Shown: positions 17,683 to 27,568 of the stretch, piece after piece
How positions within the stretch are numbered: the first letter of the stretch is position 1
How the letters are laid out: each line of letters starts with the position of its first letter
Made by a program: the position numbers and the translations under genes
Notes under the pieces: generated by a model
Database searches by the model: none
Told to the model about the DNA's origin: nothing
The model's input: only the letters and a program-made list of their open reading frames with translations
DNA from: Candidatus Multivorans sp.
Lineage (GTDB): Bacteria > Acidobacteriota > Thermoanaerobaculia > Multivoradales > Multivoraceae
NCBI GenBank assembly: GCA_965224025.1
Contig: OZ245033.1
Span: 96,001 to 160,000 of the forward strand
DNA: 64,000 nucleotides
Direction: 5' to 3'

Positions 17683-19383
17683 ATGAACGTTCAGGCCTGG
17701 ACGTACCTGATCGTCACCGCGACCTTCGCGCTCTACATCGGCATCGCCTGGTGGAGCCGGGTCAGGTCGACCTCCGGTTTCTACGTCGCCGGCCGCGGCG
17801 TTCCGGCGGTCGCCAACGGCATGGCGACCGGCGCCGACTGGATGAGCGCGGCCTCCTTCATCTCGATGGCGGGCCTCGTCTCCTTCATGGGCTACACCGG
17901 CACCATCTACCTGATGGGCTGGACCGGCGGCTACGTCCTGCTGGCGCTGCTGCTCGCGCCCTATCTCCGCAAGTACGGCAAGTTCACGACCTCCGAGTTC
18001 GTCGGCGACCGCTACTACTCGGACGCCGCTCGGCTGGTCGCCGCGGGCTGCACGATCTTCGTCTCCTTCACCTACATCGCCGGCCAGATGCGGGGCGTCG
18101 GCGTCGTGTTCTCGCGCTTCCTGGAGGTCGAGATCCACTGGGGCGTGGTGATCGGCGTGGTCATCGTCTTCTTCTACGCCGTGCTCGGCGGCATGAAGGG
18201 AATCACCTACACCCAGGTCGCCCAGTACTGTGTCCTGATCGTCGCGTACCTGATTCCGGCAGCGGCGATCTCGTGGAAGATCACCGGCAACCCGATCCCG
18301 CAGTTCGGATTCGGGGGCGCGGTCCAGGAAGGCCAGGCGGCGGGCGTTTTCCTGCTCGAAACCCTGGACGCCCTGCACCGGGAACTGCGGCTGCCCGAGT
18401 ACACCGCGGCCTTCGTGCCGGGCAAGAAGAGCATGATCGACGTCACCGCGATCACGCTCGCCCTGATGGTCGGCACCGCCGGCCTGCCGCACGTGCTGGT
18501 CCGCTTCTACACCGTGCGCAGCGCGAGAGCCGCCCGCTGGAGCGCACTGTGGGCGCTGGTCTTCATCGGCCTCCTCTACACCACCGCGCCCGCGGTCGCC
18601 GCCTTCGCCCGCGTCAACCTGATCTCCACCCTGCACGGCGCGAACTACAGCGAGGTGCCGGAGTGGTTCAAGAGTTGGGAAACCACCGGCCTGATCGCCT
18701 TCGACGACAAGAACGGCGACGGCATGATCGACATGGCCGACGGGGCCAACGAGTTGACCGTCGACCAGGACATCATGGTCCTCGCCAACCCCGAGATCGC
18801 GGAACTTCCCGCCTGGGTCGTCGCCCTGGTCGCCGCCGGCGGCCTGGCGGCGGCGCTATCCACAGCCGCCGGTCTGCTGCTCGTGATCGCATCGGCGATC
18901 TCGCACGACGTCGGCAAATCGGTCCTGTGGAAGGACATGAGTTCGCGCAGGGAACTCCTGCTGGCGCGGACCACCGCCGCCGCCGCAGTGGTCGTGGCCG
19001 CCTACTTCGGCATCTCGCCGCCGGGCTTCGTTGCCCAGGTCGTCGCCTTCGCCTTCGGCCTCGCCGCGGCCAGCTTCTTCCCCATCCTCGTGCTCGGCAT
19101 CTTTACCCGCACCACGACGAAGGAGGGGGCGATCGCCGGCATGAGCACCGGCATCCTGTTCACCGGCTCGTACATCGTCTACTTCCGCCTGATCCGGCCC
19201 GAAGCGACGGCGGAGGACTGGCTGTTCGGCATCAGCCCCGAGGGCATCGGCGCGGTCGGGATGCTCATCAACTTCGCCCTGGCGATCACCGTGAGCCGCT
19301 TCACCAAGCCGCCGCCGGAAGAAGTGCAGCAGTTGGTCAGCGAGATCCGGTTGCCCCGCGAGCGCGCGGCGGAGTCGCCGTAA
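17683..19383 (+). CDS. Sodium:solute symporter (ActP-like, acetate/monocarboxylate)
   Basis: NGMATGADWMSAASFISMAG, LMVGTAGLPHV, GGLAAALSTAAGLLL. Confidence 0.9.
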   Translation: MNVQAWTYLIVTATFALYIGIAWWSRVRSTSGFYVAGRGVPAVANGMATGADWMSAASFISMAGLVSFMGYTGTIYLMGWTGGYVLLALLLAPYLRKYGKFTTSEFVGDRYYSDAARLVAAGCTIFVSFTYIAGQMRGVGVVFSRFLEVEIHWGVVIGVVIVFFYAVLGGMKGITYTQVAQYCVLIVAYLIPAAAISWKITGNPIPQFGFGGAVQEGQAAGVFLLETLDALHRELRLPEYTAAFVPGKKSMIDVTAITLALMVGTAGLPHVLVRFYTVRSARAARWSALWALVFIGLLYTTAPAVAAFARVNLISTLHGANYSEVPEWFKSWETTGLIAFDDKNGDGMIDMADGANELTVDQDIMVLANPEIAELPAWVVALVAAGGLAAALSTAAGLLLVIASAISHDVGKSVLWKDMSSRRELLLARTTAAAAVVVAAYFGISPPGFVAQVVAFAFGLAAASFFPILVLGIFTRTTTKEGAIAGMSTGILFTGSYIVYFRLIRPEATAEDWLFGISPEGIGAVGMLINFALAITVSRFTKPPPEEVQQLVSEIRLPRERAAESP

Positions 19384-19440
19384 CGCGCGACGGCGTCGGG
19401 ACATGCAGAGCGGCGTCGCACAAGCAGAGCGGCGGTGGAC

Positions 19441-19628
19441 GCACCCGCCCGTCTTGGGTCAGGAGGGGTCAGCTTCCAGGTGACGTGAGCGCTTGAGAGG
19501 AGATGGGAGGGGGTGGCGCTCACTCCGCTTCACTCGCTCCGGTTGGGCGTCGGTGAGTGCAAGGTCGTCGGCCGTCGCTCGTTCAGAGGCACCTGCGAGC
19601 TGACCCCTCCTGACCCGACTGGGCTGGC
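19441..19628. repeat. Structured inverted-repeat element (MITE/REPIN-like), copy A
   Basis: 27-bp IR 19456-19482 / 19590-19616 (2 mismatches); core shared with 38990-39070. Confidence 0.7.
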
Positions 19629-19741
19629 GGTCGTTGCCGAGAGAGCCGGCCGGCTGCTTCAGTCAGCGCGCGGCCGACGGTTCGCGTGGCGACCGGCCAT
19701 GGCGGTCGCAGGCGGTTTCGCCGACCAGTCGTGCGCGACTG

Positions 19742-19770
19742 TGATATACACACGCCCCATGGGGATATCA
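19742..19770 (+). promoter_or_regulatory. Palindromic operator of the TA operon
   Basis: tgatat...ccccatgggg atatca just upstream of the antitoxin. Confidence 0.45.
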
Positions 19771-19784
19771 TCGAGAGGCTGATC

Positions 19785-20015
19785 ATGCGCGTCGCCAAGT
19801 GGGGCAACAGTCTGGCCGTCCGTCTTCCCAAGGCGCTGGTCGACAACCTTGATCTCAGGGCCGGCGACGAGGTCCAGGTCGTGGCCAAGGCGCCGGGAGA
19901 GTTGGTCGTCGGGAGAGACCTGCGTCGGCAACGGGCCGTCGAACGGATGCGACGGCGGGCATGGGCGCTGCCGGACGGCTACGCCTTCGACCGAAACGCG
20001 GCGAACGAGAGATAG
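19785..20015 (+). CDS. AbrB/MazE-family antitoxin
   Basis: MRVAKWGNSLAVRLPKALV. Confidence 0.9.
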   Translation: MRVAKWGNSLAVRLPKALVDNLDLRAGDEVQVVAKAPGELVVGRDLRRQRAVERMRRRAWALPDGYAFDRNAANER

Positions 20016-20023
20016 CGGGCGCG

Positions 20024-20431
20024 GTGAGGCCCTTCCTCGACACGAATCTGCTCGTCTACGCCCAGACCTCGGACCCCAGGAGCGCGGCGGCACGGCAGGC
20101 CATCCTTGCGGGCGGCGTCATCAGCGTGCAGGTGCTCAACGAGTTCGCCGCCGTTCTCCGCCGCAAGTTCAAGCGCGACTGGGACGAGATTGCGGAAGCG
20201 GTGGCCGACGTACGGATCACCCTCGACCCCGTCCGGCCGATCAGCATCGAGACGCACGCGGCCGCCGTCGATCTGGCGAGGCAGCACGGGTTCAGCTTCT
20301 ACGACTCTCTGATCGTGGCCTCCGCGCTCGAAGCGAAGTGCGACACGTTGTTGACGGAAGACCTCCCGGCTGGCCGCAGCATCCAGGGCCTCACCATCGT
20401 CAATCCGCTGCCAAGCCCCCGCGGCGGTTGA
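20024..20431 (+). CDS. vapC: PIN-domain toxin
   Basis: FLDTNLLVYA, SVQVLNEF, SFYDSLIVASA, LLTEDL. Confidence 0.9.
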   Translation: MRPFLDTNLLVYAQTSDPRSAAARQAILAGGVISVQVLNEFAAVLRRKFKRDWDEIAEAVADVRITLDPVRPISIETHAAAVDLARQHGFSFYDSLIVASALEAKCDTLLTEDLPAGRSIQGLTIVNPLPSPRGG

Positions 20432-20465
20432 GGGCCTCGCGGGCGGAACCTGGGAAGAGCAGCAC

Positions 20466-22658
20466 TCAGACAAGCGACGCCAGTTGCTCGCGGAGAGTCG
20501 AGTAGCGGCGCAGGTCGGAGGCCTCCTCGACGGCCTTCTGGAGCGCCCACTTCTGGCCGACGATGACGACGAGCTTCCGGCCCCTGGTGATTGCGGTGTA
20601 GAGGAGGTTGCGGCGGAGCATGACGTAGTGGTGGGTCGTGACCGGTATGACGACCGCCGGGTACTCGGAACCCTGGGACTTGTGGACGGTGACGGCGTAG
20701 GCGAGCATGAGCCGGTCCAGGTCGCTGAAGCGGTACTGAACGGGCCGGCCGTCGAACGCGATCGTCATCTGTTCGGCGCCGGGGTCGATCGACACGATCC
20801 GGCCGACATCGCCGTTGAACACGTCTCGTTCGTAATCGTTCTCAGTCTGCATCACCTTGTCGCCGGCGCGGTACTTCCAGCCGAAGCGCTCGACCTCGAC
20901 GGCGCCGGACTCCGGCGCCGGGTTCAGCACCGCCTGCAGGGTCACGTTCAAGAACCGCACGCCGAGGGGACCGCGGTTCATCGGCGACAGGACCTGGACG
21001 TCCCGGACCGGATCGAGGCCGAAGCGGCGGCCGATCCGCCCGGCGACGATCTCCACCACCTTGCGCTGGCCGTCCTCCGCATCCTCGGCCGGCACGAAGT
21101 AGAAGTCGCTGAGTTCTCCCTGCACGGGTTCCAGCTCCGGCAGGTAGCCGCGGTTCACCCGGTGGGCGTTCCTTACGATCCGGCTGTTGTCGGCTTGGCG
21201 GAAGATCTCCCGCAGGCGCGCCACCGGCAGGGCGCCGGAGTCGATCAGGTCCCGCAGCACCTGGCCGGGGCCCACGGACGGCAACTGGTCCGCGTCGCCG
21301 ATCAGCAGCAGCGATCCCTCCGCCGGCAGAGCCTGGAGCAGCGCCGCCATCAATTCCACGTCGACCATCGACGCCTCGTCGACCACCAGCAGACCGCAGT
21401 CGACCGGTCGCAGGCGGCCGCGGCGGAAGGTCCCGTTCGACGGGTCGATCTCGAGCAGACGGTGGATCGTCTTCGCGGTGTGGCCGGTGCTCTCGCCGAG
21501 CCGCTTCGCCGCGCGGCCGGTCGGGGCGCAGAGAGCGCAGCGCACGTCGCGGGCGCGGAGGATCCGCAGCACCGCGTTGACCAGGGTCGTCTTGCCGACG
21601 CCCGGACCGCCGGTGATCACGGCAACACGCGAGCGCAGGCTGGTCTCGACCGCGGCGCGTTGGGTCGGCGCCAGGGTCACGTCCAGCCGCTTCTCCACCC
21701 AGGCCAGGGCCTTCGCGGCGTCGATGTCCGCCCAGGGTGGCGGGTCTGCCTGGATGAGTTCGCCGAGACGGCGGGCGATGGCCCTCTCCGCCGACAGCAG
21801 CAGCGGCAGGAAGATCGCCTCCTCGCCTCCCAGACGCGTTGCAACCAGCCGCCCCGCGTGAAGCTCATCCGCCAGGGCGGTGACGAGGATCTCCTCCGGG
21901 ATCTTCAGCAGCTCCCGTGCCTGCTCGAGGAGTTCGCTCCGGGGCAGGCCGCAGTGTCCGGCGCCCCGGGCCTGCTCCAGGGTGTAGCCGAGGCCTGCGC
22001 GCGCCCGCGGCAAACCTTCGGGGTCCTTGCCCAGACTCGCGCCGATGCCGTCAGCGATCCTGAAGCCGATGCCCCGGATGTCCCGCGCCAGCCGGTAGGG
22101 GTCGTCGGTCAGCAGCGTCGCCGCGTCGGCGCCATACGCGCGGTAGATGCGAGCCGCCCGCGACGATCCGAGTCCGTGGGTCTGCAGGAAGACCATGATG
22201 TCGCGTACGGCCTTCTGGTCCTTGAAGCCCTCGCTCAGGCTCTTCGCGCGCTTCTGGCCGATGCCGGGGACCTCCACCAGGCGTTCCGGCTCGTTCTCGA
22301 TGACCTCGAAGACATCCTCGCCGAACGCCTTCACCAGGCGTTTCGCCATCTTGGGCCCGACGCCGTGCACTCTTCCCGACCCCAGGTAGCGCCGGATTCC
22401 TTCGAGCGAGTCCGGAGGCGATACGGCGAGCCGCCGAGCCTGGAACTGGCGCCCGTGGTTGGGGTCGTTTCGCCAGGCGCCGGACGCCTGGATGGTCTCC
22501 CCCTGCGAGACCACCGGCAGCCGCCCCACCACCGCCACGGGTTGACCGCGGCCCCGGACCCGAACGCGCATCACGGCGAACCCGTTCTCCTGATTGTGGA
22601 AGACGACCCGCTCGACGACCCCGGACAGCGCCTCGCGGTCTTCCGCCGAAGCGGTCAA
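20466..22658 (-). CDS. recD2: ATP-dependent RecD-like helicase
   Basis: N-terminal OB/HhH (VPGIGQKRA), GGPGVGKTT, VDEASMVD, AYAVTVHKSQGSE. Confidence 0.93.
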   Translation of the reverse strand: MTASAEDREALSGVVERVVFHNQENGFAVMRVRVRGRGQPVAVVGRLPVVSQGETIQASGAWRNDPNHGRQFQARRLAVSPPDSLEGIRRYLGSGRVHGVGPKMAKRLVKAFGEDVFEVIENEPERLVEVPGIGQKRAKSLSEGFKDQKAVRDIMVFLQTHGLGSSRAARIYRAYGADAATLLTDDPYRLARDIRGIGFRIADGIGASLGKDPEGLPRARAGLGYTLEQARGAGHCGLPRSELLEQARELLKIPEEILVTALADELHAGRLVATRLGGEEAIFLPLLLSAERAIARRLGELIQADPPPWADIDAAKALAWVEKRLDVTLAPTQRAAVETSLRSRVAVITGGPGVGKTTLVNAVLRILRARDVRCALCAPTGRAAKRLGESTGHTAKTIHRLLEIDPSNGTFRRGRLRPVDCGLLVVDEASMVDVELMAALLQALPAEGSLLLIGDADQLPSVGPGQVLRDLIDSGALPVARLREIFRQADNSRIVRNAHRVNRGYLPELEPVQGELSDFYFVPAEDAEDGQRKVVEIVAGRIGRRFGLDPVRDVQVLSPMNRGPLGVRFLNVTLQAVLNPAPESGAVEVERFGWKYRAGDKVMQTENDYERDVFNGDVGRIVSIDPGAEQMTIAFDGRPVQYRFSDLDRLMLAYAVTVHKSQGSEYPAVVIPVTTHHYVMLRRNLLYTAITRGRKLVVIVGQKWALQKAVEEASDLRRYSTLREQLASLV

Positions 22659-22803
22659 GGGTGCGGAGCCCTCACGCCCGTCGGCATCTCTCTCACGAGA
22701 TAGAGCTTACGCCGCCATGCCGAAACGCCGACACGCCACGGTTCATCGGTGTCACAATCACCGGCTTTCCGACCGTCCCCAGAATGTTCGAGGAGTTCCG
22801 TCC

Positions 22804-23469
22804 ATGACCGACACGTGCCGATTCAACCACCTGGCGCTCAACGCCGACGACCCCGCCGGCGCGGCCGCCTGGTACGCGCGACACTTCGACGGCGCTCTGA
22901 TCGACGGCGACGCGACCGAAGGCAACCGCGGCATGGTCGCCGCCCGGTTCCAGGCCGGTACCGGCACGGCGGAGCTTCGCTGGCGAGATGGCGAGACACC
23001 CGGCCCCAGCATCGGAACCGGGCTCGACCACTCCGGCTGGTCGGTCGAGAACCTCGATGAGCTCCACGCCGCGATGCTCAACGATGGGGCCACGGAGTTC
23101 TGGGAACCGAGACACTTCGGACCGGCGAAGCTCTACATCTCCTTCGTGACCGATCCCTGGGGCGCGAAGATCGAACTCCTGGAAGACGCGAACCACGCGG
23201 GTTTCCACCATGTGCACATCCTCGGTCCCGACTGCGAGGAGGACCGCGCCTGGTTGCTGGAGCACGCGCCGGGACAGGCCGAGACCTTCAAGGGCATGCT
23301 GCTGGCCGTGAACTACGGCTCGATGCGCGTGCTGTTCCGGCAGACGGACGACGAGTTGGAACCGACCGCGGGCCGGGCGATCGATCATCTCGCGTGGACC
23401 TCCGCCACTGCCGGTGGCGGACTTCACACGGGCCCGACCGGCGTCAGCATCAGGGTGGACCCGGCCTGA
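22804..23469 (+). CDS. VOC (glyoxalase/bleomycin resistance) family protein
   Basis: GAGG RBS; FNHLAL, LDHSGW, FVTDPWGAKIEL, FHHVH. Confidence 0.75.
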   Translation: MTDTCRFNHLALNADDPAGAAAWYARHFDGALIDGDATEGNRGMVAARFQAGTGTAELRWRDGETPGPSIGTGLDHSGWSVENLDELHAAMLNDGATEFWEPRHFGPAKLYISFVTDPWGAKIELLEDANHAGFHHVHILGPDCEEDRAWLLEHAPGQAETFKGMLLAVNYGSMRVLFRQTDDELEPTAGRAIDHLAWTSATAGGGLHTGPTGVSIRVDPA

Positions 23470-23479
23470 CGGGTTGCCA

Positions 23480-25480
23480 ATGACTCTCTGGCCGCCGGCG
23501 CGGCGGGTCGAGCAACCTGTCGCCGCCCATCCCCTGGTCGTCCCCGAGGGCGCGGCGGTTCGGCTCGAGATGACTGTTGCCAGCGCTGCGGTGGACCTGG
23601 AGACACCCGCCGGTGAACTGCAGTCTGCGGTCTCCGGTCTGCGACGCGCCCTGGCGAGTGTAGACGGGGAGTTGGTCGTTTCGGATGCCGGGAGCGGGGT
23701 CACTGGGAACACTGCCGACATCGCCTGCCGTGTCACCGTCGACTCCGTCACCTCCGTAGCCGAAGCGCCAGTCGCCGTTCCCACGGACGAGAGTTACCGC
23801 CTGCGGATCGACCGCGACGGCATCGCGATCCAGGCCGCAACACCGACCGGGCTGTTCCGCGCCGCCGCGACGTTGAAACAGAGCCTCGCGTCGAAAAGCC
23901 GGCAAACCGACCGCGGACTCGAGGTAGCGGCCGTCGAGATCGACGATCGGCCCGACTTCCCCATCCGCGGCGCGATGCTCGACGTGTCCCGGAACCGCGT
24001 CCCGACGATGGCGTACCTGGAGCGCCTGATCGACCGGCTGGCGGAGTGGAAGGTGAACCACCTCCAGCTCTACGTCGAACACACCTACGCCTACGAAGGC
24101 CACGAGGACGTCTGGCAACACGCCTCCCCCTTTACCGCCGCCGAGATCCGCTCGCTCGACACCTACTGCCGCGAGCGATTCATCGAACTGGCGCCGAACC
24201 AGAACAGCTTCGGCCATTTCCACCGCTGGCTCGTCCACGACCAGTACCGGCCGCTGGCGGAGGTGCCCGAGGGCTTCAAACACCCCTTCTCCGTCGCCCC
24301 CGAGCCGTTCAGCCTCTGCGCGACCGACCCCCGGGTCCTTGAACTGCTCGCGGGTCTCTACGACGAACTGCTGCCGCAGTTCGGCAGCCGGCGCTTCAAC
24401 GTCGGTCTGGACGAGACCTTCGACCTGGGCCGCGGCCGTTCCGCCGAGACGTGCGAGGAGCGGGGCAAGCCGGCCGTGTACCTGGACTTCCTGCGCCAGG
24501 TTCACGGTCTCGTCACGGAGCGCGGCCGGCAGATGCTGTTCTGGGGCGACATCATCCTCGAGCACTCCGAAGTGATCGATCGCATCCCCGAAGACGCGGT
24601 CGCGCTGTGCTGGGGCTACGAGGCCGACCACCCGTTCGTCGACCAGTGCGCCCGGCTGGCGGCCTCGGGCCGCCAGTTCTGGGTGTGCCCGGGAACGAGC
24701 AGTTGGAACAGCTTCGGCGGCCGCCTGCAGAATGCGATCGGCAACCTCGCGCTGGCCGCCACGGCCGGTCGGGACGCTGGTGCTCAGGGATTCCTCATCA
24801 CCGACTGGGGCGATCACGGACACCTGCAGCCCACCCCGATCGCCGAGCTGCCGCTGTCGATCGGCGCCGGCTTCGCCTGGTCTGTCGACGCAGCGCGGGA
24901 GGCCGCAAGCGCCACCGAACGGAACGAAGAGGTCTGGCTCGACCACGCCAGCCGCTTCGTCTACGACGGCGACGACACGCTGGCGCGCACCGTGGTCGAC
25001 CTCGGCGCCATCGACCTCGACTGCGGCGGCCCGGCGATGAACGGGACCACCCTCTTCTACCTGCTGCGGTTCATCGACGACGACCTCACCCACCGGCGCT
25101 TCCGGCGGCTCAGCATCGCCGGACTGCAGAGGACGTACGCGCGGCTGGCCCCCATCCGTGAGCGGCTGGCCCCAGGCGGCGCCGACTCGAACCACGCCTC
25201 GCTGGACTGGACCTGCCGGCTCATGGCGTGGTGCTGCAGCCTCGGCATCGAGCGTCTCGGCGCCGGTCGGGGCGGGAAACTCGACGAACTCGCCCTGAGA
25301 GTCCGCGCCAGCCTGGCGGCGGACCTGCGGCGCATCGCCGACGACCTCCCCGACGTGTGGCTCGCCACTAGTCGCGAGGGCGGCTTGAGGGAATCCCACG
25401 CTCTGCTGTTGCGAGCCGCCGCCGAGCTGGAGAGGATCCACACCGAGACGGCCTCGGAAGACGATGCGGCAAACTCGTAG
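23480..25480 (+). CDS. Glycoside hydrolase family 20 (beta-N-acetylhexosaminidase-like)
   Basis: IDDRPDFPIRGAMLDVSRNR, NHLQLY, FNVGLDET, TDWGDHGH. Confidence 0.88.
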   Translation: MTLWPPARRVEQPVAAHPLVVPEGAAVRLEMTVASAAVDLETPAGELQSAVSGLRRALASVDGELVVSDAGSGVTGNTADIACRVTVDSVTSVAEAPVAVPTDESYRLRIDRDGIAIQAATPTGLFRAAATLKQSLASKSRQTDRGLEVAAVEIDDRPDFPIRGAMLDVSRNRVPTMAYLERLIDRLAEWKVNHLQLYVEHTYAYEGHEDVWQHASPFTAAEIRSLDTYCRERFIELAPNQNSFGHFHRWLVHDQYRPLAEVPEGFKHPFSVAPEPFSLCATDPRVLELLAGLYDELLPQFGSRRFNVGLDETFDLGRGRSAETCEERGKPAVYLDFLRQVHGLVTERGRQMLFWGDIILEHSEVIDRIPEDAVALCWGYEADHPFVDQCARLAASGRQFWVCPGTSSWNSFGGRLQNAIGNLALAATAGRDAGAQGFLITDWGDHGHLQPTPIAELPLSIGAGFAWSVDAAREAASATERNEEVWLDHASRFVYDGDDTLARTVVDLGAIDLDCGGPAMNGTTLFYLLRFIDDDLTHRRFRRLSIAGLQRTYARLAPIRERLAPGGADSNHASLDWTCRLMAWCCSLGIERLGAGRGGKLDELALRVRASLAADLRRIADDLPDVWLATSREGGLRESHALLLRAAAELERIHTETASEDDAANS

Positions 25481-25560
25481 CAGCCAAGTCCCAGCCGATC
25501 TGTTGATTGCAGTGCAATCACGGCATAGACTCGCACGAGTCTGATCGGAGGCGCGAGACG

Positions 25561-25803
25561 ATGGCGAGCATCACGGTCCGCAATCTAGACGACGAGGTCA
25601 AGGCGGGGCTCCGGATGCGAGCCGCCGAGAACGGTCGTTCGATGGAAGAGGAAGCGCGGATCATCTTGCGTGATGCCATTGAGCGAGACGACTCGCCACG
25701 AAACCTCGCCGCCGCCATTCGCGCCCGCTTCGCACCCTTGGGCGGCGTGGAGCTCGAGCTTCCCCCGCGCGAACCGATGCGTGAACCGCCCAAGTTCGAC
25801 TGA
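25561..25803 (+). CDS. FitA-like ribbon-helix-helix antitoxin
   Basis: MASITVRNLDD...GRSMEEEARIIL. Confidence 0.9.
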   Translation: MASITVRNLDDEVKAGLRMRAAENGRSMEEEARIILRDAIERDDSPRNLAAAIRARFAPLGGVELELPPREPMREPPKFD

Positions 25804-25810
25804 GCGGGCC

Positions 25811-26245
25811 ATGTTTGTTCTCGACACGAACGTCGTCTCCGAACTCATGCGTCCGAGACCCGAACCTGCCGTGGAGAGGTGGGTGAGTCAGCATCCCCTA
25901 TCGGGTCTCTACTTCACCGCGATCGGCGAAGCGGAGCTCCGCTACGGCGTCGCCACGATGCCGATGGGAGCACGCCGGGAAGCTCTGGCCGCCGAGATCG
26001 AAGGCGTCCTCCGCGATGACCTGCGGAATCGCGTGCTGCCCTTCGACAGTCAGGCCGCACGCAACTACGCCAAGATCGCGGCCAAACGGCGTGCAGAGGG
26101 TCGGCCGGCATCTCACGCGGATTGCCAGATCGCGGCAATCGCCAGTTCCCGGAACGCAGCGATCGTTACCAGGAACATCCGAGACTTCGAAGGAACGGGG
26201 ATCGAAGTCGTCGATCCATGGACCCACGAGGACGAAACACAATGA
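25811..26245 (+). CDS. vapC: FitB/VapC PIN toxin
   Basis: VLDTNVVSELMR, DCQIAAIA, TRNIRDF. Confidence 0.92.
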   Translation: MFVLDTNVVSELMRPRPEPAVERWVSQHPLSGLYFTAIGEAELRYGVATMPMGARREALAAEIEGVLRDDLRNRVLPFDSQAARNYAKIAAKRRAEGRPASHADCQIAAIASSRNAAIVTRNIRDFEGTGIEVVDPWTHEDETQ

Positions 26246-26361
26246 CCGCGATCACCGTCGTCACCGTCGAAGAACAGTCCCTCCTCACGGCGCGGACAAG
26301 CGCCAACTTCACCGAGATCCCGGCAAAGCGCCGGACCGACATGTACCACCTGCTCGCCTGA
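26242..26361 (+). pseudogene. 39-aa remnant, possibly an internally deleted GyrI-like protein
   Basis: ATG overlaps the vapC stop; the N-terminus (ITVVTVEEQSLL) and C-terminus (RTDMYHLLA) resemble the two ends of GyrI-like domains. Confidence 0.35.
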
Positions 26362-26377
26362 CGAAAGAGGCTCTCGA

Positions 26378-27568
26378 GTGAAGGTCGACGTTCTCGTCGA
26401 CGCGTTCCGCGCTCGCTTCGACACCGAGCCCGAGGTCGTCGCCCGGGCGCCCGGACGGGTCAACCTGCTCGGCGCGCACGTCGACTACAGCGAAGGCTGG
26501 GTGCTGCCGGCGGCGATCGACCGCGCGGTGTGGGTCGCGGTGCGGCGCGCGCCGGGCGAGCGGACGCGCCTCATCGCCACCGACTTCGGCGAAGAAGCGT
26601 CATTCGCTTCCGGCGAACCCGAGCCGCCGGTCGCCGAGCGCGACGGACAGGCGTCCTGGATCGACTACCCGCGGGGCCTGGCCTGGGCGCTCAAGCAGCG
26701 TGGCATCGACGTGCCGGCGATCGACGCTGTCTTCGGCGGCGACCTGCCGATCGGCGCCGGCGTCAGTTCCTCGGCGGCCGTCGAGATGGCGTTCCTGCTC
26801 GCCTGGGAGCAGCTTGCCGGGTTCGAGCTGTCCGGCATCGAGCGGGCGCAGGTTGGACGAACCGTCGAGAACGACTACGTCGGCGTCCAGTCCGGGATCA
26901 TGGACCAGTTCGCCTCGGTGCACGGCCGCCCGGGGCACGCCCTGCTGCTCGACTGCCGCTCGCTCGAGCACGAACTGATCCCCACGCCCGACGACCTCGT
27001 CTTCCTGGTCGCCGACACCGGCGTCCGCCGAGCGCTGGCGTCGGGCACCGGCTTCAACGACCGCAAGTCCGAGTGTTTCCACGCCGCGGACCTGCTACGG
27101 CCCCACCTGCCGCGACTCTCCACGCTTCGCGACCTGGGGCCGGCGAACTTCAAGCGGCTACGACACCTTCTCGAACCGCCTCTCGATGGCCGGGCCCGCC
27201 ACGTGATGACCGAGTGTCGCCGCGTCCTGGACGGCGCCGAGGCCCTCCGCAGCGGCGACCTGAACGTGCTAGGGGAGTTGATGGGTCAGTCCCACCATAG
27301 TTCCCGCAACGACTACGACGTCAGCATCGAGGCACTCGATGTGCTCGCCGAAGCCGCCGCCGCCGCCGACGGCTGCTACGGCGCCCGGCTGACCGGGGCC
27401 GGCTTCGGCGGTTGCGTTACCGCGATCACGGCCGAGGCAGCCGCCGGACACGTGCGCGAGCAGACCGGCCTCGCCTTCGAACGGCGCTTCGGCCGCCGGC
27501 CCGAGATCCACACATGCCGCGTCGGGGACGGTGCGAGCCTCGTCGAGACCGGCACCCACCCAAGGTAG
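26378..27568 (+). CDS. galK: Galactokinase
   Basis: APGRVNLLGAHVDY, PIGAGVSSSAA, GIMDQ, GARLTGAGFGG. Confidence 0.93.
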   Translation: MKVDVLVDAFRARFDTEPEVVARAPGRVNLLGAHVDYSEGWVLPAAIDRAVWVAVRRAPGERTRLIATDFGEEASFASGEPEPPVAERDGQASWIDYPRGLAWALKQRGIDVPAIDAVFGGDLPIGAGVSSSAAVEMAFLLAWEQLAGFELSGIERAQVGRTVENDYVGVQSGIMDQFASVHGRPGHALLLDCRSLEHELIPTPDDLVFLVADTGVRRALASGTGFNDRKSECFHAADLLRPHLPRLSTLRDLGPANFKRLRHLLEPPLDGRARHVMTECRRVLDGAEALRSGDLNVLGELMGQSHHSSRNDYDVSIEALDVLAEAAAAADGCYGARLTGAGFGGCVTAITAEAAAGHVREQTGLAFERRFGRRPEIHTCRVGDGASLVETGTHPR

